Source: an uncultured virus (IMG/VR IMGVR_UViG_3300043395_001987) (lineage: Duplodnaviria; Heunggongvirae; Uroviricota; Caudoviricetes). From it: a DNA stretch of 64,000 nucleotides. Shown here piece after piece: positions 63,386-64,000 of the stretch. A model generated the notes under the pieces. The model was not told where the DNA came from and did no database searches. It was given only the letters and a program-made list of their open reading frames with translations. Position 1 is the stretch's first letter. Each line of letters opens with the position of its first letter. The translations under genes and the position numbers were made by a program. Location of the stretch: positions 1 through 64,000 of IMG/VR virus record IMGVR_UViG_3300043395_001987. One strand, given 5' to 3'.

Positions 63386-63558
63386 CCGGATATTCTAATA
63401 TCTCGGTCTATTACAATACGTTGTTTTCTTTAGTACATCACCATAAATATTCATTGACAGAGGTTTATGATATGTATCCTTACGAAAGAGATCTATTTTT
63501 AGAATTGCTAATGATGCATATTAAGGACGTACAAGAAAGAAAGACACGTAATGGCTAA
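63382..63558 (+). CDS. gp51: Baseplate hub assembly catalyst gp51-like (not in the ORF track)
   Basis: Hand translation LTGYSNISVYYNTLFSLVHHHKYSLTEVYDMYPYERDLFLELLMMHIKDVQERKTRNG, matching the YY...F.L..HH.YSL.E...M.P.ER motif. Only a weak TTG start. Confidence 0.8.
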   Translation: MTGYSNISVYYNTLFSLVHHHKYSLTEVYDMYPYERDLFLELLMMHIKDVQERKTRNG

Positions 63559-64000
63559 AAAAGAAACAGGCGAAGATATTCTCCGAGCTATTATGGAAAA
63601 AGGTGGTAAGGGTGGTGGTAGAGCTCAGCAAGCAGCTGCAGAGGCTCTTAATGATGCTGCTGAAAGTATTAAAGAAAATACCAGACAACAGGCAAAAATT
63701 GGTGAAACCTTAGGTAACGTTTTTAATAATTTTAAAAATTCATTTTCCAGTGCTGGTGGTGGAGGCAGAGGTACGGGTGACGGAACAGGAGGCCTTGGTG
63801 GCCTTGGGGGCGGCGGAAGAAGAAATAATGTTCCAAATATATTATTAGATATCCTAAATGTAAATAGAAGTATCTTAAAATTTACTCATTCTAATAATGA
63901 TGTTCTTTATGATATTCTTGACGCTATTCGTGGCAATGAAAGAAGTAAAATTGAAGAACGTAGAGAAAGATCCACAAGAACTCAACCTACTGAAGGTACA
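63551..64000 (+). CDS. Probable tape measure / gp29-like protein (partial)
   Basis: ATG at 63551: MAKKETGEDILRAIMEKGG..., helical and Gly-rich, open to the window end, located after gp26/gp51. Confidence 0.55.
   Translation, partial: MAKKETGEDILRAIMEKGGKGGGRAQQAAAEALNDAAESIKENTRQQAKIGETLGNVFNNFKNSFSSAGGGGRGTGDGTGGLGGLGGGGRRNNVPNILLDILNVNRSILKFTHSNNDVLYDILDAIRGNERSKIEERRERSTRTQPTEGT

Overview
AT-rich (roughly one-third GC by eye) 64-kb segment of a large T4-like myovirus genome, covering the baseplate/tail morphogenesis region. The right third (about 41.9-64 kb) holds the T4-type baseplate and tail core: gp48, gp53, hub, a split gp5, gp25, gp6, gp7-like, gp8 and a three-part DUF4815/VrlC-like protein on the minus strand, and gp4, gp2, gp54, gp26, gp51 and the start of a probable tape measure on the plus strand. 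The left two-thirds are an elaborate array of fibre and adhesin genes (collagen-like G-[FY]-T-G-S-x fibres, LamG, RCC1, C1q-like, glycine-rich and reelin/PA14-like proteins, PAAR) plus a GH19 endolysin. Interleaved with them are sugar-modification genes: an hldE-cupin-HAD-hldD nucleotide-heptose cassette, a GT25, a GT9-like/methyltransferase fusion and a three-domain GT4-GT2-GT-A protein. Main observations: (1) a candidate virion-fibre glycosylation (heptosylation) system whose three transcription units each have a sigma70-type promoter, while structural genes carry NATAAATA late promoters; (2) a repeating plug-and-socket peptide grammar suggesting the fibre genes assemble as a daisy chain in gene order; (3) a slippery T7 run plus a hairpin that would fuse gp26 to gp51 by a -1 frameshift just upstream of the tape measure; (4) a split gp5 carrying several peptidoglycan modules, including an apparently dead T7-lysozyme-like amidase. 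All family assignments come from motif recognition by eye; no searches were run.
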